64,000 nucleotides of DNA. Origin: a virus (taxonomy: Duplodnaviria; Caudoviricetes). The stretch lies in the IMG/VR virus record IMGVR_UViG_2595698832_000001, positions 96,001 through 160,000 of that record. One strand, given 5' to 3'. Position numbers and translations under genes: made by a program. Under the pieces are notes generated by a model that saw only the letters and a list, made by a program, of their open reading frames with translations, did no database searches and was not told the DNA's origin. Of this stretch, positions 31,553-43,579 are shown piece by piece (position 1 is the first letter of the stretch; each line of letters begins with the position of its first letter).

Positions 31553-34500
31553 ATGGCTATTATAAAAGAAACATTGCCTTTTACATACGATGAAATATAC
31601 CAAGATATAGCTAAAAGATTAATTGAAAAAGGCTGGGATGGAGGAGCTTATGAAGGCTCTAATGGGGCAATCTTAGCATCTGTTTTATCTTATATTGTAA
31701 GTTCTTTGAACTTCAATACCGCAGTAAATGTTAATGAGAATGTTTTAACTTTGGCGACTAAACGTAAAAATGTTATACAAGATGCTAGGGTTTTGTCTTA
31801 TGAACCTTCTCATAAAAAATCTACAATACTCGAAATAACATTAAGTTTTACCAGAACTGGCTATTTTAAAATACCAAAATATAGCACATTTACCATAAAT
31901 GGGTTTACTTACAATTATTTAGGTGATGATTTAGAATTTAATATAGATAAAATAGGAGCTACAACTACAATACAAGTAAAAGAAGGTACATTAATTAAAA
32001 ACGAAGAATATCCTGATATTTTAACTTATAAAATAGATGAAAAATTTGAATACATTGATATACCTTGGAATGATGTAGAAGATGATGGTGTGGAATGTTA
32101 TGTTACTTATTATGATACTTTTGGAAATTTATCGGATAATGCAACTTTTGTAAAATCTTCTTTTAATTTAATTGATATTAAGGATAGCACCAATAATAAG
32201 TTCTTTAGAAAAGATGATGTGGATACTGGCAATGCTAGGATATATTTCCAACTAGGGACTGCTGGTACTAAGTTGCCTTCTAATACGAGAGTTTATATTA
32301 ATGTTTTAAGAACTTCTGGAATAGACGCATATTATGAGAGATGTGATTCAGCTTCCGTTAACGGTGATCTTGGCTCTTTTTGTAAAATATTGACTTCTGG
32401 TAAAGATGCACCTGTATTAGTTTCCCAAGCTCAGGATGAAGAAAGTATAGAGTCTATTAAAACAAATGCACCAATGTTTTATAATAGTGCTTCAAGAACA
32501 GTAACGATACACGATTATAATTCAGTTATAAAAACACACTCTAGTGTTAAAAATGTAGTGACTTGGGGAGGTGAAGATGAATATCCAGTTGCTCCAGGTA
32601 ATTTGTATTTTTCAGCTGAACCCCGAAGAAAAGAACCAGAATTTACAATCTTTAAAAAAGTTCAACAAAGTGATGGAACATATACTTACAAAAAAGAAAA
32701 CTCTACTTTAGCTAACGGCGAATTATTGAATACTACTGAAATGAGCACCAATCAATACTACATAAAAGAATCTTATAATGATCCTGACACATTATATTTA
32801 AATGATGGTGAAGTTGTTTCTGCAGAAAAAGATGCTAACGGTTATAAAAACCCAGGTATTTTTGACTTAGTAGATACATATAATTTACCAGCACTTAAGA
32901 ATAATCTTAAAAATCCAACATATGTTAATATAGATTTACAAGTTCTTATTAAACAATATCCATTTGGTACTCCAAAATCAGATATTCGTAAAAAAATCTA
33001 TGCAAAGATTCGTGAAAAAATGGCGGAAATTGAAAAATTTGAAGGCGAATTTATTCATTCTAACTTAGTTAGACATTTAGACAATGAATTGGGTCTGGGT
33101 AATGGTATAGAAGTAAATCCATATTTTAGTTTATTACTAAGCGAAGAAAACTGTGTAAAACAATTTAAAGAAAATAAAGACTTTAGTAAAGTAAATTGTT
33201 TTTATGCTAAATCATATGACAAATTATCTAAGAATTTAGTTCTTAGTGTTTATTTTAGTTTATTGGCTAGTGTAGGTGATAAATTAGAAGTTTATTTTAA
33301 TAAAGAAAGTTTGCCGTTTATTTTAGACAATACAGATCATTATACTTATGAATTAACGGATACTGATATCAACCAATCTTATAAATCTTTTTATTTTAAA
33401 GATGTGGGATTTGATGAAGAATCATTAAATGTTAGAATAGTATCATATGATGGATTGACCACCTATGGTGGAAACGACATTAATTTATACAACTTAAAAA
33501 ATAAAACCGTATTTTTTAATGTTAATATAGGTAATGAATTATCAGTTATTAAAATAGCATTGCCAAGATTTGTTAGTGTAGGTGATAGTTTTAAAGTTTA
33601 CGGTTTATATGGTTCTCGCAAAGCAGAACAATTAATATATGATTTCTATATTACTGAAGAGATACTTTCGCAAGGCTATCTACAATGTGATGATTTACAA
33701 AGGGGTAAATATGCAGGTTTTGTAGGAGCAAGTGATTATAAAGTTGTTTATACTTGTAATAGAGAATCTTTAAAACCAAGTGATAGTGAAGAACCTGATA
33801 GCAATGGGTTAAAATCTAATCAATTATTAGGAACTGCCAGTGGTTCTTGGGAATCTGCAGTCAACCAAACTGAAAGTCAAGATAATGTTTTTGGTGATAT
33901 AGAAACTTCTAATTTATATTATAACTGGTATGAAGATTCTGATGGTCAAATAGATATTAGAGTTTGGATACCAAGCTCAGTAAAAGCCAATGATACATTA
34001 TTAATAGATTATGCTCAAAAAACTACAAGTATTGTTATAACAGACGCTATGATAGCTCAAAGGCAGTTTGATACAAAAATAGATGGTATATTATTAGATA
34101 TTACAAAAATTTCATTTGGTAGTGCTGATGGTTCTATCGGTATATATCCTACTTACGTAGAAAGACAAAATGAATTAACACCTGTAGAAGATGATAGAAT
34201 TCAATTTGTTGCTAAACAGTTTGAAAATATAACAGAATATACACCTACAACCACATTTGATAGAGAAGTTCAATTAAAATCTAATGAAAAAATTACATTT
34301 TATGTTAATTATAATAATAAATTCGACGTCAGGAATTTAATTGCAAATCACGATGATTCATTAGATTCATATACAGTTAGTATACCAGAAGGTTCTCCAT
34401 TAAAATACGAAGCGCCATACGTAGTATTAAATAATTATAGAAAAACAGGAACTTTTAATTTTAATTTAGACGTTCAAGTAAAACGTGGTGATTTATTATA

Positions 34501-35197
34501 TCAAAATCAAATAGTATATGTTAAAGAAGCTGCGGTAGATTTATCAGTAGATGAAGGCCCAGGAGGAGCTTATGTATATTTAGATTTACCAATTGAAGGT
34601 ATATATGATACCAAGGGTCAAATAATACCAGAAAATATACCCACAATAGAATGGGCTTTATTTGCTAAAGCTAATCCTGCAGAAGGTGAGGATAATGAAC
34701 CTATTTGTTTTGAGGAAATACAAGAACCTAGCAAAACACATAAAGTTATCCCAGCAAATTTAACAAATTATGTAGCGGAACAAAAAATAGTTGCTAACTA
34801 TGTTATAGATGAAGAATCTGTTAAGACTATGTTACCATTTTATACAACAGTTGAAGAATATATTAATTTGGATCTATCTAAAGTTGCTTATATAAGAATA
34901 CCTATTAAATTAATGAATAGAAGTGCTGCTACACCAGAAGAAGGTGAACAAATTGTGGGTTCTTATACAATATTTAATTCAAGGATACCTTATATTAGAG
35001 TTAAATTCCAAACAAAAATTTTTCAACCTGGATATAATTATGAATTTATGTTAAATTATCCATCACATAATTTTAAATTAATAAGAAATTCAATATTTAG
35101 ACTTAGATCTGTAGTTTTTGATGATTTATTGGATTATCAAGAAGTTAGAGATAGTTTAAGAGCTGGTGATATTGATATGAGCGCGATGAGTGTTTAA
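31553..35197 (+). CDS. gp6: Baseplate wedge protein gp6-like, enlarged
   Basis: YEGSN..IL, LSYEP, ESIESIK.NAP, RTVTIHDY, WGGED. Confidence 0.82.
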   Translation: MAIIKETLPFTYDEIYQDIAKRLIEKGWDGGAYEGSNGAILASVLSYIVSSLNFNTAVNVNENVLTLATKRKNVIQDARVLSYEPSHKKSTILEITLSFTRTGYFKIPKYSTFTINGFTYNYLGDDLEFNIDKIGATTTIQVKEGTLIKNEEYPDILTYKIDEKFEYIDIPWNDVEDDGVECYVTYYDTFGNLSDNATFVKSSFNLIDIKDSTNNKFFRKDDVDTGNARIYFQLGTAGTKLPSNTRVYINVLRTSGIDAYYERCDSASVNGDLGSFCKILTSGKDAPVLVSQAQDEESIESIKTNAPMFYNSASRTVTIHDYNSVIKTHSSVKNVVTWGGEDEYPVAPGNLYFSAEPRRKEPEFTIFKKVQQSDGTYTYKKENSTLANGELLNTTEMSTNQYYIKESYNDPDTLYLNDGEVVSAEKDANGYKNPGIFDLVDTYNLPALKNNLKNPTYVNIDLQVLIKQYPFGTPKSDIRKKIYAKIREKMAEIEKFEGEFIHSNLVRHLDNELGLGNGIEVNPYFSLLLSEENCVKQFKENKDFSKVNCFYAKSYDKLSKNLVLSVYFSLLASVGDKLEVYFNKESLPFILDNTDHYTYELTDTDINQSYKSFYFKDVGFDEESLNVRIVSYDGLTTYGGNDINLYNLKNKTVFFNVNIGNELSVIKIALPRFVSVGDSFKVYGLYGSRKAEQLIYDFYITEEILSQGYLQCDDLQRGKYAGFVGASDYKVVYTCNRESLKPSDSEEPDSNGLKSNQLLGTASGSWESAVNQTESQDNVFGDIETSNLYYNWYEDSDGQIDIRVWIPSSVKANDTLLIDYAQKTTSIVITDAMIAQRQFDTKIDGILLDITKISFGSADGSIGIYPTYVERQNELTPVEDDRIQFVAKQFENITEYTPTTTFDREVQLKSNEKITFYVNYNNKFDVRNLIANHDDSLDSYTVSIPEGSPLKYEAPYVVLNNYRKTGTFNFNLDVQVKRGDLLYQNQIVYVKEAAVDLSVDEGPGGAYVYLDLPIEGIYDTKGQIIPENIPTIEWALFAKANPAEGEDNEPICFEEIQEPSKTHKVIPANLTNYVAEQKIVANYVIDEESVKTMLPFYTTVEEYINLDLSKVAYIRIPIKLMNRSAATPEEGEQIVGSYTIFNSRIPYIRVKFQTKIFQPGYNYEFMLNYPSHNFKLIRNSIFRLRSVVFDDLLDYQEVRDSLRAGDIDMSAMSV

Positions 35198-35262
35198 TCA
35201 TCTAATTAAATATATTTTAAGTTATTTTATAATATAATTATGCAAATTAAAATAACGAGGCT

Positions 35263-35934
35263 ATGATGAAATTTTCAGATTTTTTAGAAGAGCAAGCAAT
35301 TGCTAAATCAGGTGATTACGATTTTGGTAACTTGGATTACATAGGCGCTGGAGGTTTGATATCAAAGAAAGTTGTGAAAGTTCTCCATAAGTTCAATTTT
35401 GATATAAATGGTGATAATACAGAATTATTCATTATTGAATGTAATGCTAACCATCCTAAACAAAAATATTATTGTGTAGCTAAAGAAGAAATAGATAAAA
35501 GATTTGAACCTTATACAACAAGATTTAAGATATTAGCTGCTATACTTTTGGAATATACAACAAAATACAGAGGTTTAGGTTATGGTCCTCTTAGAATAGT
35601 TAAAGGTGTCGAAACTTTAAGATCATACAGAGGTGGTGGGATAGGTAAAAAATTATATACTATTTTAGTGGATGGTTTTAAATGGGTATTGATGGGTGAT
35701 GAAGAACAATATGAAGGTGCAAGAAACTTATGGACTTTCTTGTCTAAATCACCTGGGTTTAACGTTGATATAGTTGAGTTAGCAACAGGTAAAATTATTG
35801 CTAAAAATGTTAAATTAAAAGATGCTTTAGATCCAAGAATTTGGACCGACGAAGAACTATTTTTAACAGGAACTAAAGAAGAAAGAATACGAGGTAGATT
35901 CAATAGATTGGTATTAACTAAAGTTACAAATTAA
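35263..35934 (+). CDS. GNAT-like acetyltransferase, paralog 1
   Basis: Motif A YRGGGIGKKLY; QYEGARNLW..L...GF. Confidence 0.6.
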   Translation: MMKFSDFLEEQAIAKSGDYDFGNLDYIGAGGLISKKVVKVLHKFNFDINGDNTELFIIECNANHPKQKYYCVAKEEIDKRFEPYTTRFKILAAILLEYTTKYRGLGYGPLRIVKGVETLRSYRGGGIGKKLYTILVDGFKWVLMGDEEQYEGARNLWTFLSKSPGFNVDIVELATGKIIAKNVKLKDALDPRIWTDEELFLTGTKEERIRGRFNRLVLTKVTN

Positions 35935-35944
35935 AGGAGCTAAA

Positions 35945-36593
35945 ATGGAAGATGACACAATTGCTAAATCGGGTGATTATGATTTTGGAAATTTAAACTA
36001 TATTAATAAGTATGGTCTGACTTCAATAGAATATACATTTGATAAATCACCTTTTGTATATAAAGTTTATTATAATGGTAAAGAATATTTTTTTTTATCG
36101 TAGAGAATCTTACCATATTTTAGCTACTAAAGTACCTGAAGATTACCCGACTAAAGATAACCCTAATGGTACCAAAGATAGATTTAGTCCTATAGCTATG
36201 ATTAGATTATTGCCTACAGATAAAATTAAAAGAATGGGTTATAAAAATGTTTATACAGTTAGTGCTGTAGAAGTTGATAGAGACCATAGAGGTATCAGAT
36301 TAGGCAAATTATTATATTATCTAGCAACTACCGTTCTTAAATATACTTTATTAGGTGATTCTGAACAATATGAAAATGCTAGGAGAATATATTATTCTTT
36401 TAGTAATAACCCAGGATTTACAGTGGATATAATTAAATTAGGTCAAGGTATCTTAGCAAAGAATGTAAATCTAAACGATCACAACGATGAAAGAGTTTGG
36501 AGTACAACACCCGATAAAGTAGGAACTTTACATAGGGTGGTCCTTAAAAGTGTTCATATGGAATCTAAGGTAGAAGTCAAAAAATTAAAATAA
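35945..36593 (+). CDS. GNAT-like acetyltransferase, paralog 2; frameshift in T9 at 36088-36096
   Basis: Start MEDDTIAKSGDYDFGNL; VEVDRDHRGIRLGKLLY; QYENARRIY. Confidence 0.6.
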
Positions 36594-36650
36594 TTTAATT
36601 TAAGACTAAGAACCAAATAAATATACTAAAACGAGAAATAAAGGTTTGCT

Positions 36651-39600
36651 GTGTTTAAAAGTATAGCTAAGAACTTAGTACCAGAAAATTACAAATCTAA
36701 TAAATTTATTATGGACGTCCTTGACGTTTTTGTAGATTATATCTATGATAATTCAAGCCTAGCGATTGACATCAATAATTTATATAATTCTAAAAATGAA
36801 GTTCTATATGAAGAAATTATTAAAACATATGCTGCAAACTTTTATAAGACTATAACCGATGGTTCAAAAAATCATAAACTTGCAGAAGCTGTTAGAAAAG
36901 CACACAAAAAATATGGTTTTGATTTTAGTGAAACGCAATTAGATATAAATGTAATACACTTATTATCACAAGAACAATTAGAATTATTTAAAAACTTTCA
37001 ACAATCTAAAGGAACATTAAGATCTATTGAGTTTATATATCGTATTATAGAACAATTAAATATTGAAAGTTTTGTATTAGAAACCGATGGTCAATTAACA
37101 ATAGAGCCCGGTGAAAATATATTTGAATACCGCGTTTACGGATCTATGTTACCAGAAATATTTGAAGCATTTGTTAAACCATTAGCTCACCCAGTGGGTT
37201 GGACTTACTTATTTACAAGAACTTACGTTCTTAAATTCGAAGATTATTTCTTATGCAAAGAAGTTTACGATGTAAATGTTTTTAGAGTAACTTGTGAAGA
37301 TTCTGATTGTGAAGATAATTTTAAAACAAATACTGGATATCTTTTTGAAACTGACATTAATAATAATATAATATATGAAAATAATAAACCAAAAATAGTA
37401 TAAAGCTGATGGAAATCCAGTATTTAATGTTACAAGATTTGGCGTCAATTACCCAGAATTAACATTAGAATCTGAATTAAAATTAGTTAAAGATCCTACT
37501 ATTAGAACTATTGAAAAATCCAGCATAAAAGGTAATGACAAATTAATTGTATATTTTGAATCTGGTGAAAGATTAGAACAAAATTCAAACCCTAAGAATT
37601 TAATATTATATTATTATAAAGGTATTAACTCATTAAATCAAGAAATTAAAAAAGATTATACTGATTTCTTAAGCAAATGTGCTTTGGAACTTAATTATGT
37701 TAGAAGAGTTGTAACCACAGTTAAAGACAAATATCAATTTCAAGTAGATTTTGGTTTAGCTAGCACTACTGGTAAATTTGCAGCTATTGGCGCTGGTAAT
37801 ATGTATCTAGGTTCAGATACTTGGGTTCTTGGTAAAAATAGAATCAATGCAAATACACCAGTAACTTATGGAACTAGAGTTCGTAATAAAGTTTTACAAA
37901 CTTCTGACTTTAAAGCATTATATAAGAAAAATGATAATTCTATTAGACAGGTATTTGATAAAGTTTATTCTGGTTTTGATGATCACGTAAAATCAAGTAC
38001 TTGTAATTTTATTTTAGAATCTGACAATTTATATCATTATAGATTATATAATCCAAATGCAATATTTTTTGAATTAATTAATACTTACGGGTATAGAGTT
38101 CGCGCTAAAATAAAATATAACGAAGATTCATTAGAAGTTATAGCTGAAGATGAACTTAAAAATACACAATTATTATATATAGATAAAACATTATTCAGTA
38201 AATACAATTCACAAGTTTACAAAGATTTTAAAGAATCTATGAATAAGCCTTTAGGTCAATATTATACAGTACCTTAAAAAAGGTGTTAATTACTTGAATA
38301 TTGTAGATTCTAATGGTTATATAGTTAAAGGTAATTATAGGCTTGTAGATTCTGAATATAGGCTTTATTTAAATATAAAAGATCCTGTAACTATTCAATT
38401 TATTGATGATACTTATGAATACGATTCAAGACCATTTCAAATTATTGATGCCGAATTAAGTTATAATAAAGATTCTAAATTATATGAATATACTACACCA
38501 GAAAAAGAATACTATTTTGTCAGCGTAGCTAATCGTATTAGCAATGTAGATTTGGACATTATGTATATTGCTGGTTTACAAAAAGGTTTTAAAATAACTT
38601 CAAGTACTGCTACAAAAAATAAGAGTATATGTTATAGATAATACTTCTAAAAGATTTCCGATAACTATACTGAGTGCAACTAATGAAACTATACAAGCAA
38701 AAGAAAATAGTATATTCTTAGGTTTAATCAATGCTAATAACCAATACGTTGAAGGACAAATAGTTTACGATTCTGAAGGTAAATTAGCAACATTAGATTG
38801 TAATGCAAAAACAAATAATTTAAGTTTATTATACTTAGATTATTCTGCAAGTATTAAAAATCCAATAACTATTAAATCTACAACATTTGATATTGCTGGA
38901 AATTTTTCAGAAGTTAATGATAAAAGAGGTAAATTCCTTTATAATTTTAGAATCGAAAATATTATGATTGTTAATATATTCGATAAAAATAATCAAAGAA
39001 TACAATTAGACTATGATATTGAAAATACTGGGGTATCTTTTTATACTGATACAAATGAAGCTATTACAATACAATACTTTGATAATATAGATGAAGGTAT
39101 ACCAAGAACATATACAATAGATGCTGAATTTAAATTAGATACTAGTTACATTAATTATAACGCAAAAATATTTAAATATAAAGATATATTATTAAATATG
39201 GATACTAGTACAAACAAATATGTTTATAAGCACAACGAAATGAAAACTTATCCTTTAGTTGTTATGGATACTGATGGAAATGTTTTAGACGTTGAAATAG
39301 GTATTTTAACTACTGGATTTAAAATATCTTATTCTGAAGGTATAAAAGTAAGAATATATTATTTAGATGATACTAAAAATAGGGCTGATGTTACTTATAA
39401 TAAAGCTGGAGACCTGGACCCCACAAAATTATTATATGCTATTAAAAATGGTGTCATAGTTAAACAAGATATCAATACAGTGTCTACTGAAGATTTTTAT
39501 TCATTTTCAAGATTAAAAACTCTTAAAATTAAGAAAGCTGATTTAAAAGCTGTGGAAAGTAACGACTCAGATTCAAAACTAGGTAAATATAAATTTATTA

Positions 39601-40814
39601 AAAATATTGAATATGGTTTGCCAGTTATGGCCGGTTTTAACAATGATTTAAAATTCAAAGTTAATGAAGATTCTATAACAATTTACACAGCAACTAAAAA
39701 AGATATTAATATTAGATACGTAGAAAAAGTTAACGAAGAAAGTTTCTTATATACTTATAGTATAAGAAAAGATGATGATTTATTTATAGATGCGCAAAAA
39801 GATTCTATAAAATATTTAATAGATTATCAATATGATTATTTAAATAATAGAATTATTTTTACAAAAGAAGACGATGATATTGTCAAATTGTTTTTCTTAA
39901 AGAATAAACACAATAAGAAAACAATACTTAGTATTAATAACGCAAACTTTGAGGATATTGATTTTCCAATTAAAATTTATTTAAATGACGACTTTGTTGA
40001 GTTTGAAAATAAGGAATCTATGCAATTAGATGCAAATCCATTAGATCTTAAATTCAATCAAGATATTAAAAATAGAAATTCAACAATTAGAGCTATTAAT
40101 AAAGATCTTGAAGTATTGGAACAAATAGATTTTAATTTGGCACCACAATATACCTTTAAAGCACTTGGTGATTATCTCTATGAGATAGATTTTAATAAGA
40201 TTAAATTCAAAGAAAATAAACTTAATGAAGAATCCTTGTGGTATAGAGAAAGTTCAGTTTATCATAATCATTATGTAGGATATTTTGCAGCTAATAATGT
40301 TCAGCCAACTCAGGTATTTACTGGTACGTCAAACAAATTAGATTATGAACTCAGAGAAACAAACCCTTGGGGATTAACAGCCATAGATACATTTGAATTA
40401 ACAGGAACTGCTGCAAATGATGGATTTGATGTTAATTTTGAATTTATTGATTCTTGGCCAAAAATCACAGAAGTCTATAAAAATGATTATACAGGATTCT
40501 ATCAAAATAAATGGGGTTGGCAATCGGGATATGTTGACGTTTATAAAACTACTAGGGATCTTGAAAGATTTAATGAAAAATACGAAAGATTAGAACACGC
40601 CAGCGTATACCAAATGGATGATTATATTGTTATAGGATCTAATGATATAACAAAAGATTATATGTTTAAATGGTATCCAACTAGTAAGTCAAATGATTTT
40701 AGTGATAGTTTCTTAAGAAATGGTCAAGTCTCTGAACCAGTAACACCTAATAAAATATATACTAGAAAATATGATAGAGAACCTGATAATATAATTAATA
40801 AAACAAATACTTGA
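36651..40814 (+). CDS. Large baseplate/tail protein (gp7-like N-terminus), one gene broken by about three frameshifts
   Basis: SKGTLRSIEFIY and VKPLAHPVGW; frames are continuous across A-runs near 37395, 38278 and 38615. Confidence 0.6.
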
Positions 40815-40829
40815 TTATAAAGGATTTAG

Positions 40830-41588
40830 ATGGCTGATATTATTCAAAATAAAATGAATCAAGTGATGGGTGATTTAGCTCGCCCCACTAAGTTTAAATG
40901 TCAAATATTTCCACCTAAAGAAATTAAGTGTGAATTAAGTATTTTAAACGAAGGAGATTCTGCAACATCCAGTACTTCTGAAATAGGACAATATTTAGAC
41001 TATTTTTGTCACGCTACAAGTTTTCCGGGATTGACTGTAGAAACAATAGATTTTAAATATAGAGGTAGAACCCTACCAGTCAAATCAGTACAAACTTATC
41101 AACAAAAATGGACAGCAACTTTTTATAATGATGAAAAACACGCAGTTAGAAAGTTATTTTTAGATTGGATGACTTATGATCAAGCTCACCAATTTGAGGA
41201 TAAAACTAAAGGTAATTTTGAAGGTATATTACCAAGCATTTCTATATACCAATTAGATTTTGAAATGTCTAAAGATTGTGTTGTGTATACTATGATGAAT
41301 GTATTTCCAACAAATGTAGGAGAAATTTCAGTTCAATACGACGGGTTAAATCAAATTGAAACTTTTACAGTTGAGTTTGCATATACGCATTTTGAAATTA
41401 ATACAATTTCTGGGGAGGGGTTAACGAGTTCTGAAGTCACTAGTTTGATCAAGAATACTATACAGAATACTATTAATAGTGTTACCAATACTTTAAAGGA
41501 TGCTGTTTTTGGTGCTTTAGATGATTTGATTTCACCCGTATTAGATTCAGTTTCAGATTCATTTGAAAATTTTATAAGTACAAAATAA
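40830..41588 (+). CDS. Tail tube protein family (gp19/gp54-like)
   Basis: DLARPTKF, FPG, WTATFYND, FPTNVGEI, IETFTVEFAY. Confidence 0.8.
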   Translation: MADIIQNKMNQVMGDLARPTKFKCQIFPPKEIKCELSILNEGDSATSSTSEIGQYLDYFCHATSFPGLTVETIDFKYRGRTLPVKSVQTYQQKWTATFYNDEKHAVRKLFLDWMTYDQAHQFEDKTKGNFEGILPSISIYQLDFEMSKDCVVYTMMNVFPTNVGEISVQYDGLNQIETFTVEFAYTHFEINTISGEGLTSSEVTSLIKNTIQNTINSVTNTLKDAVFGALDDLISPVLDSVSDSFENFISTK

Positions 41589-41649
41589 GGTTTTTTATTA
41601 TATAATATATTTTTGATCTTTTTAAATTGTATTGTTACGAACTTTTTTT

Positions 41650-42006
41650 GAGTTTTTACAGTTTATACTATAGTATTAAGTCTAAAACTTAAAGCAATAT
41701 TAAAAAGTATAAAAAATACTTGAGTTTTTAGTATTTTATATATATGCTAGTACTGCTAAAACTTAAAGCAATATTAAAAAGTATAAAAAATACTTGAGTT
41801 TTTAGTATTTTATATATGCTAGTACTGCTAAAACTTAAAGCAATATTAAAAAGTATAAAAAATACTTGAGTTTTTAGTATTTTATATATGCTAGTACCGC
41901 TAAAACTTAAAGCAATATTAAAAAGTATAAAAAATACTTGGTTTTTACAGTTTATACTATAGTATTAAAGCTTAAAGCAATATTAAAAAGTATAAAAAAT
42001 GCTTGG
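41650..42006. repeat. Repeat array block 1: five copies of a ~38-bp core with hairpin-type spacers
   Basis: Core AAACTTAAAGCAATATTAAAAAGTATAAAAAATRCTTG with periods of 74, 72, 72 and 65 bp. Confidence 0.95.
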
Positions 42007-42093
42007 GTTTTTTTAATTTTCACCATAATATATGTAATTTAAGTTTACTTTAAGTTTAAATATGCAAGACTAAAGCTTAATAAATACTTAAAA

Positions 42094-42519
42094 ATGAAGT
42101 TCAAACAAGGCATTTATATACCAAAAAACCCAGAGAAATATATACATAGTTATACAAAAATGAATGAACACACTGAATATCCTGTTTATAGGAGTTCTTG
42201 GGAGCTTAGTTTCTTCAAATTTTGTGATTATTCACCCTCTATTACTAAATGGTCTTCTGAGCCAGTCGGTATAAAGTACTTTAATCCCGTCAAAAAACGA
42301 CAATCCACATATTATCCCGATGCTATGATTATTCGTAACGATATAACATTTTTAATAGAGATTAAGCCTAAATCTCAATTACCAGGTTCTAACTCAAAAT
42401 CCAGTTATGATAAACTTTCAGCGGCAGTTAACGAAGCCAAGTATAATGCCGCAAAATCTTATTGTGAAGCAAACAATATGCAATTCATAATCTTAAGTGA
42501 TTCTTTCTTTAAATCTTGA
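42094..42519 (+). CDS. gp4: Head completion nuclease gp4 (TnsA-like PD-(D/E)xK)
   Basis: PKNPEKY, YRSSWE, WSSE, YYPD, LIEIKP, NEAK..AA. Confidence 0.88.
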   Translation: MKFKQGIYIPKNPEKYIHSYTKMNEHTEYPVYRSSWELSFFKFCDYSPSITKWSSEPVGIKYFNPVKKRQSTYYPDAMIIRNDITFLIEIKPKSQLPGSNSKSSYDKLSAAVNEAKYNAAKSYCEANNMQFIILSDSFFKS

Positions 42520-42687
42520 TTTTAAAGTTTTAAGCTTTTTTTTTGGTTTTAAAACTTAAGTTTAGTATTCAAAAATTTTTGACCTTTTTAATATAATATA
42601 TTATAATATAAAAACTTTTTTCAAAAATTTTAGTAGTTTTACAGTTGTTTAGAATTTGTTTTAAAATCTAAACTAAAGTTTCAGTTT

Positions 42688-42957
42688 AAAACTTAAAGCA
42701 ATATTAAAAAGTATAAAAAATGCTTGGCTTTTTAGCAGTATATAACAATGCTATATATCCTAGCATATGCTTAAAACTTAAAACAATATTAAAAAGTATA
42801 AAAAATGCTTGGCTTTTTAGTAGTATATACTACAGTATTATATCTGAAACTTAAAGACAATATTAAAAAGTATAAAAAATGCTTGGCTTTTTAGTAGTAT
42901 ATACTACAGTATTATATCTGAAACTTAAAACAATATTAAAAAGTATAAAAAATGCTT
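42688..42957. repeat. Repeat array block 2: four copies of the same core
   Basis: Cores near 42688, 42774, 42847 and 42921, in the same orientation as block 1. Confidence 0.95.
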
Positions 42958-43505
42958 CAAGTTTTTAATCTCTTAAAAATACCAGCATTTGAAATCTTAA
43001 AATCTAAACAATTATTACAAAGAATCTTATAATTATCAGAAACAGTGATAATATCGGTATAACTGTGTGTAGCACAAGAACTGCCACAATTTTCACATAT
43101 ACTAGTTAACAATCTAATATCACTACAAAATGGCATAATTCTATTGACATTTCTAAAGACTTCTACATTATAAGGTTCATTGATATTATTAGTACCACTT
43201 TGTAAAGCACATAAAACAAATGTTTTATTAGATTCTAATATATTATTAATAATTTCAGGTTCAAAAAATTGAAATTCATCTAATAATATATAATCATATT
43301 TGGATTCACTGAAGTTTTCATTGTTATAGTATTGTATATTTAAGTCTAAACTAGGTCTAAAACTTCTTGATATAAAATCCCTTGTATCAGTTTTGGGTCT
43401 ATATAAAACATAAGGTTTGTTACTAAAATGAAGTTTCTCTGCTTGTCTTAACAATTCAAGTGATTTTCCAGATCTCATAGGTCCTATAATTAATGAAATA
43501 TCCAT
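42957..43505 (-). CDS. tdk: Thymidine kinase
   Basis: GPMRSGKS, DTR, LDEFQFF, CENC...CNNC. Confidence 0.88.
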   Translation of the reverse strand: MDISLIIGPMRSGKSLELLRQAEKLHFSNKPYVLYRPKTDTRDFISRSFRPSLDLNIQYYNNENFSESKYDYILLDEFQFFEPEIINNILESNKTFVLCALQSGTNNINEPYNVEVFRNVNRIMPFCSDIRLLTSICENCGSSCATHSYTDIITVSDNYKILCNNCLDFKISNAGIFKRLKT

Positions 43506-43579
43506 TACACTCCTTTTAAAATGTTAAAAAAAATAAAACTATAGTTTAAAATCTAAAGTTTAAGGTCAAAAACTATAAA

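Noticed and set aside
41650-42957. Bona fide CRISPR array
   Set aside because: Spacers are repeated and related to each other rather than unique, and there is no cas operon.
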